From Adineta vaga (Eukaryota > Animalia > Rotifera), in NCBI GenBank assembly GCA_021613535.1, contig CP075493.1:16740001-16804000 (forward strand): 64,000 bases of DNA. Direction: 5' to 3'. The translations under genes were made by a program, and so were the position numbers. Below are positions 39,548 through 53,100 of this stretch, in pieces. The notes under the pieces were generated by a model. That model saw only the letters and a list, made by a program, of their open reading frames with translations. It had not been told where the DNA came from and searched no databases. Every line of letters begins with the position of its first letter. Positions within the stretch are counted from its first letter, which is position 1.

Positions 39548-40063
39548 TTGAAACATCTAAATAAATAAAATATTACGAGAAAAGGAAAAAAGTAAAGAAA
39601 TGTTTAGCACGTGGTATGATATCTGCATAAATATCATTTTCGTTATTTTTTCATCTCTCTTCCGTCGAATAGAACATTCGGTTCAGTAATTTTCCGTCAC
39701 GGTAGTCACTAGTATTTGCCTTGCCTTAATCTTTTTTCTTTTCTTTTTTCTTTTATCCATATAAACGACTGTCGTCATGAAACAAAAGCATTTGATACAA
39801 CATTAGCTATGGTGACAATCGTTGGTATTATCAAGAAATACCTTTATATCGTTTTTTGTTGTTTTTTGTTGTTTTTTGTTATATGCGGAGCATGTAAAGA
39901 CTATTGTGTTTATGAATGGAAAGCTATCAATAGTCATTTCTTAAGCAATTACTTAACTTTTAAGCTACTTCTCTCGTCGATGTTTGTTACTTCTAGTCGT
40001 GTTATAGTTTCAGATAGTACCTTGTTTTTTTTCTATCATCAAGCAATTTAGATATTTCAAACC

Positions 40064-40998
40064 ATGGACAAATATACTGATTTTTTTAAAAGTAGTACTA
40101 CTAAAATTATCAATAGTTTAAAGGGAGGTGCTGACAAACTCAATGAAGCACCAAAGGAAGTTCATAAGGATTCGAATGCAACAACGGATGCCACCGTCAA
40201 TACTGATAGTAAGTATCGAAAATAGTAATATATATATGTTATGCACATCCTATTTACATTTCTTACCTTTACGTTTTAGAATTGTAACACTCGTTCGGGT
40301 TATTTCATTTTTGAGAGGTAGCTAATATTATAAGTTAAAGAACGAAATTGCCGTAGTATTCAGAAAGTCAATACTACGGCGGATGAGATCGGTTGAACTC
40401 ATACTGCAAACGTAAAAGTAATTGACTAGCTTTCCCGCTCTCTGATAGAAGATAAAGGAGAGTTCAAATTCTGCTTTTTCTAGATTGTCTCTTTTGATGA
40501 GAGATGATCATCACTAGTTCTACTGATGAATACTACTATCACACGTACTCTCTTCTGTTAATTTACACAATTCTGCATCTTTAATGAATATATTAGCAAT
40601 TTTTCTTTTTTTTGTTATGAGTCATTATACAAAATGAAATTGTTTGTTTAGAAAAGTCCAACTTCTCCGGATCAAAAAGTAAATCACCATACTCTAACAA
40701 GAAACTTAATTGTAACGGACGTGCTTGTGTCGAATGTGGTCACTGCCGTGATTGGTACTGGCGTCCTGATGGTAATGACAAGGATTATACAAAGCGTGAT
40801 GATGCAACTTGTACTTCTGATGGTTATGATCGTGGTTTTCGTCTTCCATTTCGCGATGGTCTTTTTCTTTTTAAAGATGATGATGATGATGATGATCGTC
40901 GTCGTAATTATTATCATTTTATTTATTCCGTTACTTATCATGATGGTACTGATGTTATTGATAATCGTCTATGCCAATGTGATGATAATCGCTGTTAA
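40064..40998 (+). CDS. Uncharacterised Cys/Asp-rich protein (multi-exon)
   Basis: Exon 1 MDKYTDFFK...; last exon 'CNGRACVECGHCRDWYW...DATC...LCQCDDNRC*' in a frame with no start codon, so absent from the ORF track. Confidence 0.55.
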
Positions 40999-41109
40999 TC
41001 CTGCAACTTTAGTTTTGAGCGACTTTGACTAATTTGCTTATCACTGATGGCTGTCTAATCAACAAAATAAATAAAAATTATCTTCTCAGAATGTTCATAG
41101 GAGTTTGTT

Positions 41110-41177
41110 CATCTCGTGTGGGTGAGGGTGAGAGACCAGCTATAGCCTCACCCACACCCACACACGCCCTCAAGATG
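41110..41177. repeat. Inverted telomeric-repeat element
   Basis: catctcgtgtgggtgagggtga-gagaccagctatagcc-tcacccacacccacacacgccctcaagatg. Confidence 0.9.
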
Positions 41178-41684
41178 CGGCATTGTCAAATTTTCAAATG
41201 TGTTTGTCTATTCGAACTAGTCTGCTTCCATCTTATCATTCTGATATCGCTGATACTTACAGAATGATAGGCTACATTCTTCAAGAACAACAGAAGTTGA
41301 CGGAAGCATAGGATCATTTCGAATCAGTTTCGAAGATTTTTAATCAAGTTCGATTATCAGCAAATCCTGAGACAAGTAGAGACAATATTGAGGATTGCAA
41401 ATGTTCTCTTGCTGATATATATGGTAGTATTGGCACCATTCATACAAAACTAAGTAATATTCCTTGTGCACTTCAAAACTTCCAGAATGCTTTAGATTTT
41501 CGACTTGAATGTACATCATCGACGAGTCAACAGATTGCCAAAAATATGGACTATTTGATCAATACTTACGTTGCCATGAATAATTACGAAAGAGCATGGT
41601 TCATATGTAGAAAACAGTATGAAATTATGCGTTTTACTATTAATTCTTTCCATTCCAATGTCGACAGTTGCAGCTACAGTATTA
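41174..41684 (+). pseudogene. 5'-truncated TPR-repeat gene fragment
   Basis: DAALSNFQMCLSIRTSLLPSYHSDIADTYRMIG...EA*...LADIYGSIGTIHTKLSNIPCALQNFQNALDFR; one stop; mariner inserted at its 3' side. Confidence 0.75.
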
Positions 41685-42878
41685 TTAGGTTGGCAACTAA
41701 GTTCTTGCGTTTTTTTTGAAAATGTTCTAAAATATTCGAGAAAGTTCTAGAAGTTTCCATACTAAAGGCATATAAAGGGAGTGTGAATGTCTTTCGAATG
41801 ATAATAAATTCATCGATATGGAAGCTGATCATGATTCGGAAATGAATCTTTCCCGTAGAGAGATTCGAGTACTTTTACTTCATGAATTTCGTCTGGGTCA
41901 CAAGGCAACGGAAGCAGCTCACAACATTGGTTCAATCGCTTTAAGAACGGTAACTTAGAACTCGACGATTTACCTCGATCCAATAGACCATTGGAACTGG
42001 ATATGGATCTCTTAAAGCAGCTCATCGAACAAGATCCTCGATTGACCCCACGATATTTAGCAGAGCAGCTTGGGTGCTCCCATACTGCGGTGGAAAAACA
42101 TCTGAACGAATTAGGCAAGACATGGAAATATGAAGTTTGGATACCTTATGAGTTATCACCACAACAGCTCCAATGCAGGGTTGATGCTTGTATGGATTTA
42201 ATGACATCTCATCGCAACTATCAATGGCTCCGCAATCTTATCACTGGCGATGAGAAGTGGGTGTTGTATGCTAACTACACGCATAGACGTCAGTGGCTAA
42301 GTCGTGGTCAAACAGGCGTAGCAACACCAAATGCTGATCTACATTCTAAGAAGGTGATGTTAAGTGTTTGGTGGGGTGTCAATGGAATCGTTCACTGGGA
42401 AATTCTACCTGATGGTTGCACTATCACTGCTGACCTATACTGTCGACAATTGGATCGAGTTGCAGAAAAACTCAAGGGGAAGCAGGATCGAATTTACTTT
42501 TTTACACGGTAATGCCACACCCCATGTTGCAAAGTCGACCTGTGAAAAATTATTAAGTCTCGGATGGATTACCATTCCTCATCCATCTTATTCTCCTGAC
42601 TTGGCACCAACAGATTATCATTTGTTTCGTTCTCTATCTCATCATTTGCGTGAGAAAAATTTCGACGACGAGAACGACGTGAAAATGGATATTGTCAACT
42701 TCTGTGGTCGAAAGTTCCAAGACATCTACGAACGTGGGATTCTATCTCTGCCAGAGCGTTGGCGACAGGTCATAGATAGTAGTGGTGCATATATAACTGA
42801 AAGCTAGTTATACTTTTAAAGTTTAAAAATAAAAATAAAATTTTTGAAAAAAACGCAAAAACTTAGTTGCCAACCTAA
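41685..42878 (+). mobile_element. Full-length mariner transposon with inactivated transposase
   Basis: TIR ttaggttggcaactaagtt.ttgcgttttttt at both ends, TA TSD (41683-84, 42879-80); WIPYEL, TGDEKW, HGNATPH, YSPDLAPTDYHLF; frameshift near 42500. Confidence 0.95.
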
Positions 42879-43204
42879 TAGCTATTTATTTTTAGTAAAT
42901 TCAATAAAAACCAATTGTAAAAATCGTAAAAGAGTTTAAATGTATGTGAATATTTATTAAAATATCCTCAACACACATCAAATTACAAATTTTTTTCTGA
43001 ATGAAACTATAATAGATATTATTTATCATGTGATGGATATATAGACCAGATAAATAATTGTAGGAAAAAACTATTTTCAATCTCTTAACAGAATAAGTCT
43101 GATAGAATCTTCTGGATTAATTTGAATCATCTCAGCTATTTTGTGAAACACGATCTGAAAGAGAGTGTTGAAGTGTTTATAGGCAGAAATTTGCACCCAT
43201 CCCT

Positions 43205-43475
43205 CCTCCACAGACCTTGACAGAGGGGTCAAAATGGCATCACCAACCGTGACAGACTGGGATCACAGACTGTGACATTTGGTTTTTAGGAGATCACAGA
43301 CCTAACAGACACAATTCACAAAAAAAATCAGAAACTGTTACAGACATGCAAAAGTGGGATCACAGACCATTACAGACTGGCAAAAAATAGAGTCACATAC
43401 CGCTACTGACTCGCATAATCCGATCACAAACGGTGACAGAATTGCCAAAATAGCATCACAGACCATAATAGATAT
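43205..43475 (+). repeat. Degenerate minisatellite, period ~30-35 bp
   Basis: Recurrent (a)tcacagacc.t.acaga(c) units. Confidence 0.65.
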
Positions 43476-43656
43476 ACGTTAGCATAAGATCACAAGTCTC
43501 AGCCGTGCTGAAGGAAAACAGGTAAGAACGCGTGCCAATAATTTGTCCCCTCGTTGCCTCCTCCCATCCCTCTCTCTCCTTGCTTATTTTTATACTAAAT
43601 TTAAAGGAGAAAACCGTTAAATTGTGTGTTGAAGACCTCGATAGACTTTATCAGAA

Positions 43657-43760
43657 ATCTTGAGGGTGAGGGTGTGGGTGTGGGTGTGGGTGTGTGGGTG
43701 GGTGTCGATGATAGTCACCTCTCCTCACCCACCCACACACACCCACACCCACCCTCAACT
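43657..43760. repeat. Longest inverted telomeric-repeat element
   Basis: atcttgagggtgagggtgtgggtgtgggtgtgggtgtgtgggtgggtg-tcgatgatagtcacctctcct-cacccacccacacacacccacacccaccctcaac. Confidence 0.95.
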
Positions 43761-45116
43761 TGACTTGGAAATTTTACAGTTTTATTCACAATTTGAACAC
43801 TAATTGAAGTATATATATTCTCTTTTCTGAAAGAAAGGGTTATACAGCCTTTAAATCATGGGCTTGAAATGCTAAAAGTTTGTCTGTTTGTTTGTCTGTC
43901 CTATCCAATCAGAATGCAGCATTCAGTAAAGCAGCAAAAACTAACCTTCGTCAATAAACAAAGCGTGACAGAAAGGTAGTCAGGATCGAGGATCTTGAAT
44001 CTGAGACTAATTTTTCGAAAAAGGTATATAGGAGTATTCTGATGCAATTTTCGAGTGTCATTTGACGAACAAGCCTAAGGAGCATCCTCAGACGTGAGGT
44101 CTGTTATCCTGATATGACCAAGGAATATACTTTAAACATTTATTGTGAAATTATGAAGTGGGAGAAAAATTTTCCTAATGTATTATTTTTTGAATTCCTA
44201 CTTTTGGTTTGGCTTCGTGCAAAAGATTTCGTTGCAGATTGCGAAGTGTTTTATTTTGACAAGAAATCTCAATGATTTAGTAGTAGAACAAATAAAAGAA
44301 AGTCATTTTGAGCAGAATTTTATCACGCATATGCAAGTAGTGGATTTATCGGAAATAAATGAAATACCGCTTTAATGTAGTTCACTATCAGAAATGTTTA
44401 TAATTGTAAATAGACATTTAGTTAATAAAGCAGTAGAAACTTGAGAAACAACTCACGAACATCGAAATAAATATATCGGATGACAAATCAACAAATTCTC
44501 AATTAATACAAATTACAACTAAGAAGACTTCAGTGATTAGTCGAAAACTAAGTGGTTGGTTTCTTACAGATATTATGAAAGAACAATCAATATGATATTG
44601 TTAACATTTGAGTGAAGAACGTTGCGTGAAAATAATTTTTAAAATAAAAAGAGTTCTTTATGAAAATAATGTTTTTGTTTTGAAATCATTTCAATATTTT
44701 TAGTAAAAAATTAGGCTGAATGAAGAAAATGAACATTTCAATATGTTTTAGCCTTGTCGCATCATTGGCTAGAAAATCAAATTTGCTTTTGAAATATGCT
44801 TTTGTTTCAGTTTACTCATTAAATTATTAGGATCTCCGTTGTTTTATCCTATACGAATCATTAGGTTTTTGAAAATAGATTGTCTAATTTATTTTCTTCT
44901 ATTACATTCATTTTCATTTTGTTCGATATTATTGACTTCGATTTTCTTTTCATCATATTGAAAACTATATGGTTATGTCAATACTTTTTTCTGTTTATTC
45001 GAGATTTTGGGATGCTTTGATATTACAACTTGTGTTTTTTTTATAGTAAAACATAATTGAATTATTTTTTTCCCATTAAGTTCTTGATTTGCTTACAGTT
45101 TGATCAATTATTTTTG

Positions 45117-45200
45117 TTGGGTGTGGGTGTGGGTGTGGGTATATCTTCTTCACTCAGGTCAACACCCACACCCAGGCCCCCCTCACACACATACCCTCAA
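45117..45200. repeat. Inverted telomeric-repeat element
   Basis: ttgggtgtgggtgtgggtgtgggt...acacccacacccaggcccccctcacacacataccctcaa. Confidence 0.9.
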
Positions 45201-45532
45201 ATTTATATTTTTTATTAATGAATTTTATTATTCAATCGTTACAGCTATCATAATGTCATTACACTGAGTATCCAGAGCTGAATGTGTAAATACTCAACAG
45301 AGTAACGAAACTATATCCCTCAGAATCTGAGAAATTTGAGTGAATTTGGTCAAATGATCTTATTACCCAATCATTTAATCATGCTCTTCAAGGGCTTTAT
45401 AATAGCATTTGATTTGGTACATTCGTTGTTCTGCTGCATGTCTCAGTATTTCATTGCTAAAAAGCTTTTTGTTAAGAACTATATTGATGAGACAATTCTA
45501 TAACGTAGCTAGTAACACCCTGGTGGCTAGAT

Positions 45533-45862
45533 TAGAGCTCGTCGGGTCCCTGAATTTTTGGTCCCGACCCGGACCCGACAGAAGAAAAAAAAACTAGACC
45601 CGGACCCGAACTTCAATTATGCTCATTTTTTACAACACATCTATCAAAATGTCGTGATCGCTCATCTAATGCATCTTTTAATTTGTAAATTACTGCTGTT
45701 GGCGACCGAGGCATTTCACGTATGTAAGAATTTTTCACAATGACTTTTATGAGAAGAAAAAGTAAAAATTAAAAAAAATTCTTAGATTTAAAAATTTGTT
45801 CGGACCCGGACCCGGACCTGTCCGGGTCGGGTCCCGGGTCCGGGTAGACCCGACGGGCTCTA
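45533..45862. mobile_element. hAT-type MITE
   Basis: TIR tagagctcgtcgggtc / gacccgacgggctcta; perfect 8-bp TSD ggctagat (45525-32, 45863-70); gacccg subterminal repeats. Confidence 0.9.
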
Positions 45863-46180
45863 GGCTAGATTTCATTCTATCAATCTATTTATAGATTGTG
45901 AGAATGTGAGTACTGAGAAGTCCCAGTCAGTAAACAAAGTTTCGTGATCTCCTCGCATATACTACTTTTGACATATTTGTGTTCAAACTTCATTATAATT
46001 CATTTGTTCTCGAAATAAATAAATTATGAAAGTGTGAGAAAAGCTAAGGAATATATAATGAAGAATAATTTACATGTTTATGTCGTTTCTGATACAGTGA
46101 ATGAATATGAGACAGGCACTATCAGTAAAACCTGTACATCATTTAATTTTCGAGTAAAAATTAATTTCATTTCCAAAGGG

Positions 46181-47627
46181 TTAAAATAGAAGAAACCATA
46201 AGAAAATAAAAATTGTCACAGAAAAATCGAACAAAGTTGTTGTTACACGAAAGGCAGACGCAGCAACAGTAGGGCCACCAGTAGGACTAACGGTAGGATT
46301 AACAGTATTAGCATCGAAACATTGAAAAAGTGACATATGAATATTTATCCCTGTCTCAGCAATTTCTCTTGCCAGATGGGTTGGTCCAAGGATATCAGCA
46401 TTTGTAAGTAGAATCACACCAATACTGTGCTTTTCATTGACTAACATCAAATGTGACATGCCTGGAAGAAAACCAGTATGACCAATGTATCGACGACCAT
46501 CACTCATAGTAGTCCAATACCAACTAAGACCATACTGTGGTGGTGGTGGTGCTCCTCCTGTAGAATCACTTGTCGAATCGTGATTGTAAGGTGGTATGAG
46601 TCCACCACCAACTATTGTTCGCATTTCAGCAATAGATCGAGGAAGAAGAATAGAAGAGCCATTGTTGATGAACATGCGAAGGTATACAGAGAGGGTTTTA
46701 GTCGACATTCGTAAGAGACCCGAAGGGTAGAAATTGAAGCTGAAGTCTGGAATATGTAGCCACGTAGGAAGATCGCCCTGCAAAAATAATATTCAAAATG
46801 AACACAACTAATCAAATTGATATTTTTACCGGAATCTGTGTGATATTCAACTGTGGTATAAAGTATTTCCATCCTTCGAGATAAGATGTATTGAATGCAT
46901 AAGCATAATGTTTGACAAGATTTTCTGTAGTTGCAAAGTCGGATAGGCGCACACCTGCTTTACTAATATCAACACCCAATGGTTTCAAAATTTTTTCTTT
47001 GACATATTCACTATAGGATATTTTCGCTACTCGTTCGACAACTAATGCAGCTAGAGCAGCACCTTCATTTGAATATGATGTGACACTGCCTGGTGGCTTT
47101 GGTAACCAGTTTGATGTGTTTGGATTCACATACTGATAAACCATATCAGCTAAAGTGTTTTGTTCATATGCAGTATCACCCGGTTGATAATAAGTATTTT
47201 GCACAGTATAGTCGACAAAGATTGAAGCTGAATGCGAAAGTAATTTTCGTAGAGTAATTGAATGAGATGGATATTGAGGATGAAAGATTCGTTTATTAGG
47301 TTCGGATAAGTATTGATTAACATCTGTATCAAGATCGACAAGTTCTTTCTCGACAAGTTGCATGACAGCAGCGGCAATAAATGTTTTCGAGAGAGAAGCA
47401 AGAGGAAAAATTGACTCGTCAATATTCATTGGTACTGGTGGTACTAAAGATTGAAAGCCAAAAGCTTCTTCATAAAGCGTATGAGTAGCATTGACTACAA
47501 TGACTGTCGCACCTGGTATGCAAGCCTTTGTGAGAGACTGTTCTATCCATTGACGATCTGGACAATTTGAACAACTAATGTTAACTATATTGACCGAAAT
47601 TGCAAGTATTACTAATAACAATCCCAT
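46181..47627 (-). CDS. Secreted, probably GPI-anchored beta-lactamase-family serine hydrolase (intron 46829-46778)
   Basis: Signal peptide, SxxK 'ASLSK', 'LLSHSAS', YxN 'YSN', 'GHTG', hydrophobic tail. Confidence 0.9.
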
Positions 47628-48602
47628 TAATATTTGTTTCTCTTAAACAAAAAATAATCTATGTTGAGGTAAGAATTCGTTGACATTAAGGACTAACTAA
47701 ATCTCGCGCACGAAAAAGTTCTTAAATAGAAGAAAAAAGAAAAATAATCTCTTTTCTTTATCATCATTTTTTCTTCACTGTTTTATATAGGTTAGGCGCT
47801 ATATCAACACTTAACTAACATCAATATTGAAAGAAAAAATGAAGCACAAATACAAAGATTGACGTAAGATGATCATATTATTTAATAAAAGTCGATAAAA
47901 AAAATAATCTTCTAACGAAATGACGTTGATGATGAAAAGTAAATGTGAATAAGAAGATAAAACGAAGCAATCAAAAAACAATGATAAAAAATAAGAAATG
48001 AGTAATAAGAAAAATGGAAGAATTTTTTTCTTTAACGCCAAAGAATACCGAGATGAAAAATTATTGTTGGTATTTAATTTATGTTAACAGAAAATTTTAC
48101 ACATATTGATACTCATACTAAATGTATTACTTTATCTTTACTTTATAACTCAATATTCACATTTTTCACTTTTCGAACAACAAAAATTGATGTTCTTTTA
48201 TCAGATCGAAAAGATATTCTCAGAAATCTCTGTCTTCTGCTGAACGTCATCATCTTTCATTTTAGAAATAAAACAAAAACTTTGAAGGAAAATGTGATAC
48301 TATATGTTAAGTTAGAAAAAAGAATCTAATCTTAGGTAAAGTATAGATGCATATCTTATAAAACTATTCTTAGTAAATATATCTTGTGATAATGACAACA
48401 TTTTTTTCTGTTTTGTTAAAAGTTACAAAAAAAAAATCTTTTTTTCTTTATTTTAACTTTTTAAAGAAATTTTCATAAAATTAACAATTAATGCCAATAT
48501 TTAATATCCATTGTCATTGAATTCAAAAAGAACAATCAAATTGATTAAGTTTATAAGAATTCTTCAATATTTCATATTGATTACGAGTATTTTCTCTATA
48601 TG

Positions 48603-48668
48603 TTGGGTGTGGGTGTGCGGGTATCAGATACCACTAGCACTCCCACCCATACCCACACCCTCAAGATA
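48603..48668. repeat. Inverted telomeric-repeat element
   Basis: ttgggtgtgggtgtgcgggt-atcagataccactagcact-cccacccatacccacaccctcaagata. Confidence 0.9.
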
Positions 48669-49050
48669 TTATGTGTTCACATATATGACGTCATATGTAC
48701 TACTAGATTTATCCGTCCTGCCATGACATCATATGACATCTTCCTATCTGTTCTTTTCGTTCTCTACAAACCTATATATATCTTTCGTTTCTTCGTTAAT
48801 AAATGTTGTTCCATACTTCACAAGATTTTCTGTTAAATAACATCCAAAGAAACAATACCTACTTCACAAGCATCTGCATTAACTAATGGTCAGGTAAGTG
48901 TTATTGGTGAACAAAATGCTACTGGTGTTTTAAATATTGCAGAATTATATCAATCATAACAAACGAATGAAAAATAAACATTTGATATTTTTTATCTTGA
49001 GAATGAGAGTATTTATTTTGAAAACAAGTTCGCATTGATTATCAATTTCT

Positions 49051-49291
49051 TTATTTTTTTGGATGAAAAAAATTATGTAAAAAGAGTCTAGCGAATTCAT
49101 ATGTAGAAGGATGTGGTGTAGAATATCCAACTATGGGTTGATGAACATGATGTGAACTATTAGATCCATATGCAGCTTCATTTGTCTGATGACTATGATG
49201 ATTATGTCCGTGTATAGAATGAATATTTTGATGATTATTTCCATTAATATGATTAAGCATTCGAGCATGAACTTCTTGTAAATGTTGCGCA
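49051..49291 (-). pseudogene. His/Asn-rich 3' gene fragment whose frame runs up to the repeat element
   Basis: Frame extends upstream of the ORF start as AQHLQEVHARMLNHING... and meets the element at ~49292. Confidence 0.4.
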
Positions 49292-49355
49292 GTTGAGGGT
49301 GGGTGTGGGTGTGGGTGTGAGTAATACTTGTCCCTTCACCCACACCCTTCAGATA
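49292..49355. repeat. Inverted telomeric-repeat element
   Basis: gttgagggtgggtgtgggtgtgggtgtgagt-aatacttgtccct-tcacccacacccttcagata. Confidence 0.9.
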
Positions 49356-49974
49356 TGCTTATATACAACAGCTAGTCCATTATCGTCTTCTTATTTAATA
49401 TAATTATAAATATTCTTTTACTCCTTTACAAAATATTGATTATTTACATACAAGCCTTTCGTTTTGTCTTTTTATTACTCTAGATGCATCATAATCAGCC
49501 AATCTTCGCTCGAAAGTAAGAATATTATACCCCACCAAATAAACACTAAACAGATCTATGTGAGAATGATCGTCCAAACTCTAATGGATGCTTCTTTAAC
49601 ATAACAATCACCTGAAATGCTTAAGTGATTTCATTCCTGTTCTGAAATTCAAATTAGATATTTTGGTGGAATTCCTTTGAAATCGTTCTAATTTCTTCTT
49701 TTGGGACATTTAAACAGTGTTTCAATCCTACCTGATGATTTAGACTCTTGAGAAAGTTCAAAACTGTAGTTGTAGCAATTTGAAACGATAATACACCCAC
49801 CCTCATCCGAATTATGTTAAGCATCATTTATTTCTTAAAAAGCAAAAAGGATTTTTTTCTCAGTGAAGTTTTTTTTTGTGATAGCATATAGTACGAATCA
49901 TCAGCGAATAGTCTTATCGTTTCGAATGTGTTCATGAAACTATCGTTCTCAAGAATAAATCGTCTGTACTTAGA

Positions 49975-50130
49975 AGTGTAAGTTAACGCCGACATTGCTG
50001 CCACCATAGTTAGCGGTAATTATATCCGGTTTGCTGTCATTATTCACATCGACGACTGCCACTGAGCGTGGACCAATGTCAGTTGCATAAGCAAATGCGG
50101 TAACGAACGTGCTGTTGGGCACTATTTGAT
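49975..50130 (-). pseudogene. Isolated FG-GAP/VCBS repeat fragment
   Basis: 'AYATDIGPRSVAVVDVNNDSKPDIITANYGGSNVGV'. Confidence 0.6.
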
Positions 50131-52712
50131 AAAAGAATTACTGTATCAGCTTAATCGATCATTAGTTGAAATAAGTAGTCCCTAAAATCCGTTTTGTTTC
50201 ATCTGTAGTGAACATCCACCTCCCATGTTTATAACCGTCACCATAATGGGGGACTGTAATCTACAAGGTTGTCTCTGATACATACACAACTCGAGTTACG
50301 GTTTAGGATTCTTTGTCGATTTCAAACTTGGCAAAAATGGGCAATTCATGGCATCGCATGGATGAGCGTGATAAAAGTAGAAATGGCTCTGAGATGGTAC
50401 GTAAGCTTTTAAAGATGTAAGATTCAAGGTGCGAAGTTGAGTTATCTTTCTGTGCTTCTTAAAGCTAGGCTCACTCTGTGAAATCGGAGGTTCGATAGTA
50501 TGCTTTGCTTCAGTGACGAGCGAAACTATGACATAGGAGAGTGTAATCACAAATTCTTTTCTGAAACATAACTGTGCATAAGTGATGGTTAAGTCGTATC
50601 CTCCTTTTGCGAAATACCATCACGCTCCGACGAAAAATGTTTTATCTTGTTTTTGGCTGTAAGATTCGTAGTCTTCGTGCGAGAATGAGCCACATGTCAT
50701 GGTAATTTCAGTGACGTTATTTCTATACCACTGTATCAAAGTCTTGTTAATCGTTAAATTAAGATCGATTCTAACAGTACTCTTATATAAATGCTCGATA
50801 TACAGGAGAAATCCTAAAATCTATCAACAGGCTTATTGACAATTTCGTCATCAATTAGAAGGATTTTTGAGTCTCTTGTAAATTGCGATCTATGAGGGCG
50901 AACACATTTTTAGCTATCTTGTGCATTAAAATAAAGCGATAAGATTCCTTAATTGATTTTAAAAATTGACTGTTTGATTAGATTGGCATTTAGAACGAAT
51001 CGAATGCTGTTTTTTCGATTACGTATTAGTACCTCATTTTTGGGCTACTAAACAACGAGCCAAAACCTAATAAAAGAACATAAACTAATGCAGTAGATAA
51101 GATGTCGGCGATAAATTATTTTTGAACTAATAGTGCTACCTCTCTCTTGCTTAGTTTGAGTGGACTATACAATAATTATCTGATGTGATGACGATACAAC
51201 AGCGAATATTAAAAAGCAATAGTAGAGTAGAGAAAAAGAAATTCATTGACAATTTGTTTCTGCGGCTACTAGTAGTTAACTCTACAATCTGCTTGTTCAT
51301 GAGTTATAAACATCATGGCAAATTAATCTCCTGCATCCTAACAAAATCTCATTTACAGATTATGCAAACCTTGCTTACTCCCATTGTAATTTTCATGCAG
51401 TACGTTCATCTGTAGTCGATATACAATATTCATGAGGTTTATTTGAGAAAACGGAACACTTGCACAGATACTTAACAAAGGATTCATCCAAAATGAATGA
51501 CAATATATTTGACTTCGGACGTTTTACATTAAATAGGTCCTAGCTGAGTATGAAAATTTTAAAAAAAGATAAATGCTCATGGTCTTTTCTATAAATTTAT
51601 ATACGCCTCACTGAAATTTCAGCTTACAGTATTCAACACACCCAAAAATTAAATGACTATACGATAAGGTTAAGTTTTATCATCAGATACTTCGACTTGG
51701 TAAAAGTTTCAATATTCCGTAAAACATAAAACAGGCTCATGCTTAGTTTAGAAGTCTGAGATTTGTGATTTTGAAGACATTCGGATTACCACTAGAAATA
51801 TACAGACACATCTAAAAGTAGTGATCGTGGCTCTTGAATACCATTTATAGTAAGCTTTAAAAGACTTTTTCTCAATACAGTCTGTCAGAGAAAAAAAATG
51901 CTCTGATTTTCTACACTATTTGATAGTACGTCAATTGATATTGAAATAGTAGAATCTGGGCACGATCTGTTGTTTGATTTTATGTAACTGTTATACTAAC
52001 ATCTATTTAATCAGTATTTTGTCAATAACTCTGGAGCAAAATAAGACGGAGAGTTTCGACTATTAAGATTAGAAAACAGAGAGGAGCATGCATGGAATTA
52101 CGTATTATATATTTTTCTAGATACTATTTACTATGTCTTCAATGATTATTTCCAGTATTAAAAAAAGATTTCTTCTGACTTCATCGACAGCATCTGTGAC
52201 TCCTGAATGACTGATAAAATATATGTAAATTTTCCAAAGTTTTATTGGTTTTATAGGAGCGATTTGAATACATACATGATCACTGAGACTTTGCTACAAA
52301 TACTTTACAGAATGAATTGGTTTTGAAAGGGGATGAATGGAATCTTCAGCAGACCATATAAATGAGTTTACAATATTCGATCGCATGCATCTTCACTTCC
52401 TTTGTCCATCGATGAGAACTGCACTATTGTATCTTATTTGTATGAAAAGTTATCAACAAAATCTTCACGCTCTACATATTAGTACCAGTATCACGCCACA
52501 AATGTTGCTAGGACCTGTACTGAATATCGATTTCTATCATCACCATACGATCTATGTGTGTGCAACAGGTAACTCAATCAAATTTTTTTCTCATATCACA
52601 TAACTTAGGTGGAAGTTCATGAAAAAATAATACACAGAATATGTTATACACACAGAAATATTTTACGCAAACATTATGGACACCGTAGTTTACACATACT
52701 ATTGTAAAATGT

Positions 52713-52725
52713 CACACCCTCAAGA
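52713..52725. repeat. One-armed copy of the telomeric element
   Basis: cacaccctcaaga. Confidence 0.45.
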
Positions 52726-53100
52726 AATTATCTTAAGATTTTCTGGAGTATTCTAACGGATTTCATAAAAACCCTATAAGTTTTCATATAAAGGTTAAAA
52801 AGAAAGTTTGGGACAAGTTTGCATAAGGAATCCGTTGAGCAATAAAAAAAATTGTTTTTGGTGAATATATCTTATAGAAATTGAGTAATAGGCTTCAACG
52901 GAGTCATTAATATGCCGGTTGAAACAATAACAGGTACCGTTTCTATTGTAATTAAAAACTACCATCACAATAGCGGCAAACGTTCAACCGCAATGAACAT
53001 CTCTGGTCTAAGTCTTACAGTGCAGAATATATATTTCAGGAAAAAATTTTGTCCATTTTTTGTTTTTGTGAAACTTATAGATAATGATATACTTGTTTAG

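Noticed and set aside
40721-41032. Hydrophobic Met/Val/Ile-rich ORF (and antisense ORF 40684-40941) as a membrane protein
   Set aside because: Shadow frames of the Asp/Cys-rich exon (gat repeats); the credible frame is CNGRACVECGHCRDW.
43205-43475. Regularly spaced tcacagac units suggesting a CRISPR-like array
   Set aside because: Units are degenerate, the intervening sequences are similar to each other, there are no cas genes and the context is eukaryotic; better read as a minisatellite or TE subterminal repeats.
43657-43760. True chromosome end or contig-join artefact
   Set aside because: Arms are only a few repeats long, show different degrees of decay between copies and sit in continuous unique sequence with no N gaps; read-level confirmation is still advised.
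48511-48836. ORFs containing WVWV, GVGV, PTPT or THTH runs (also 12986, 41025, 49131)
   Set aside because: These are translations through the TGTGGG/CCCACA element, not conserved protein motifs.
50296-52603. Scattered short ORFs between the FG-GAP fragment and the ART-TPR gene
   Set aside because: No identifiable domain or consistent exon chain.
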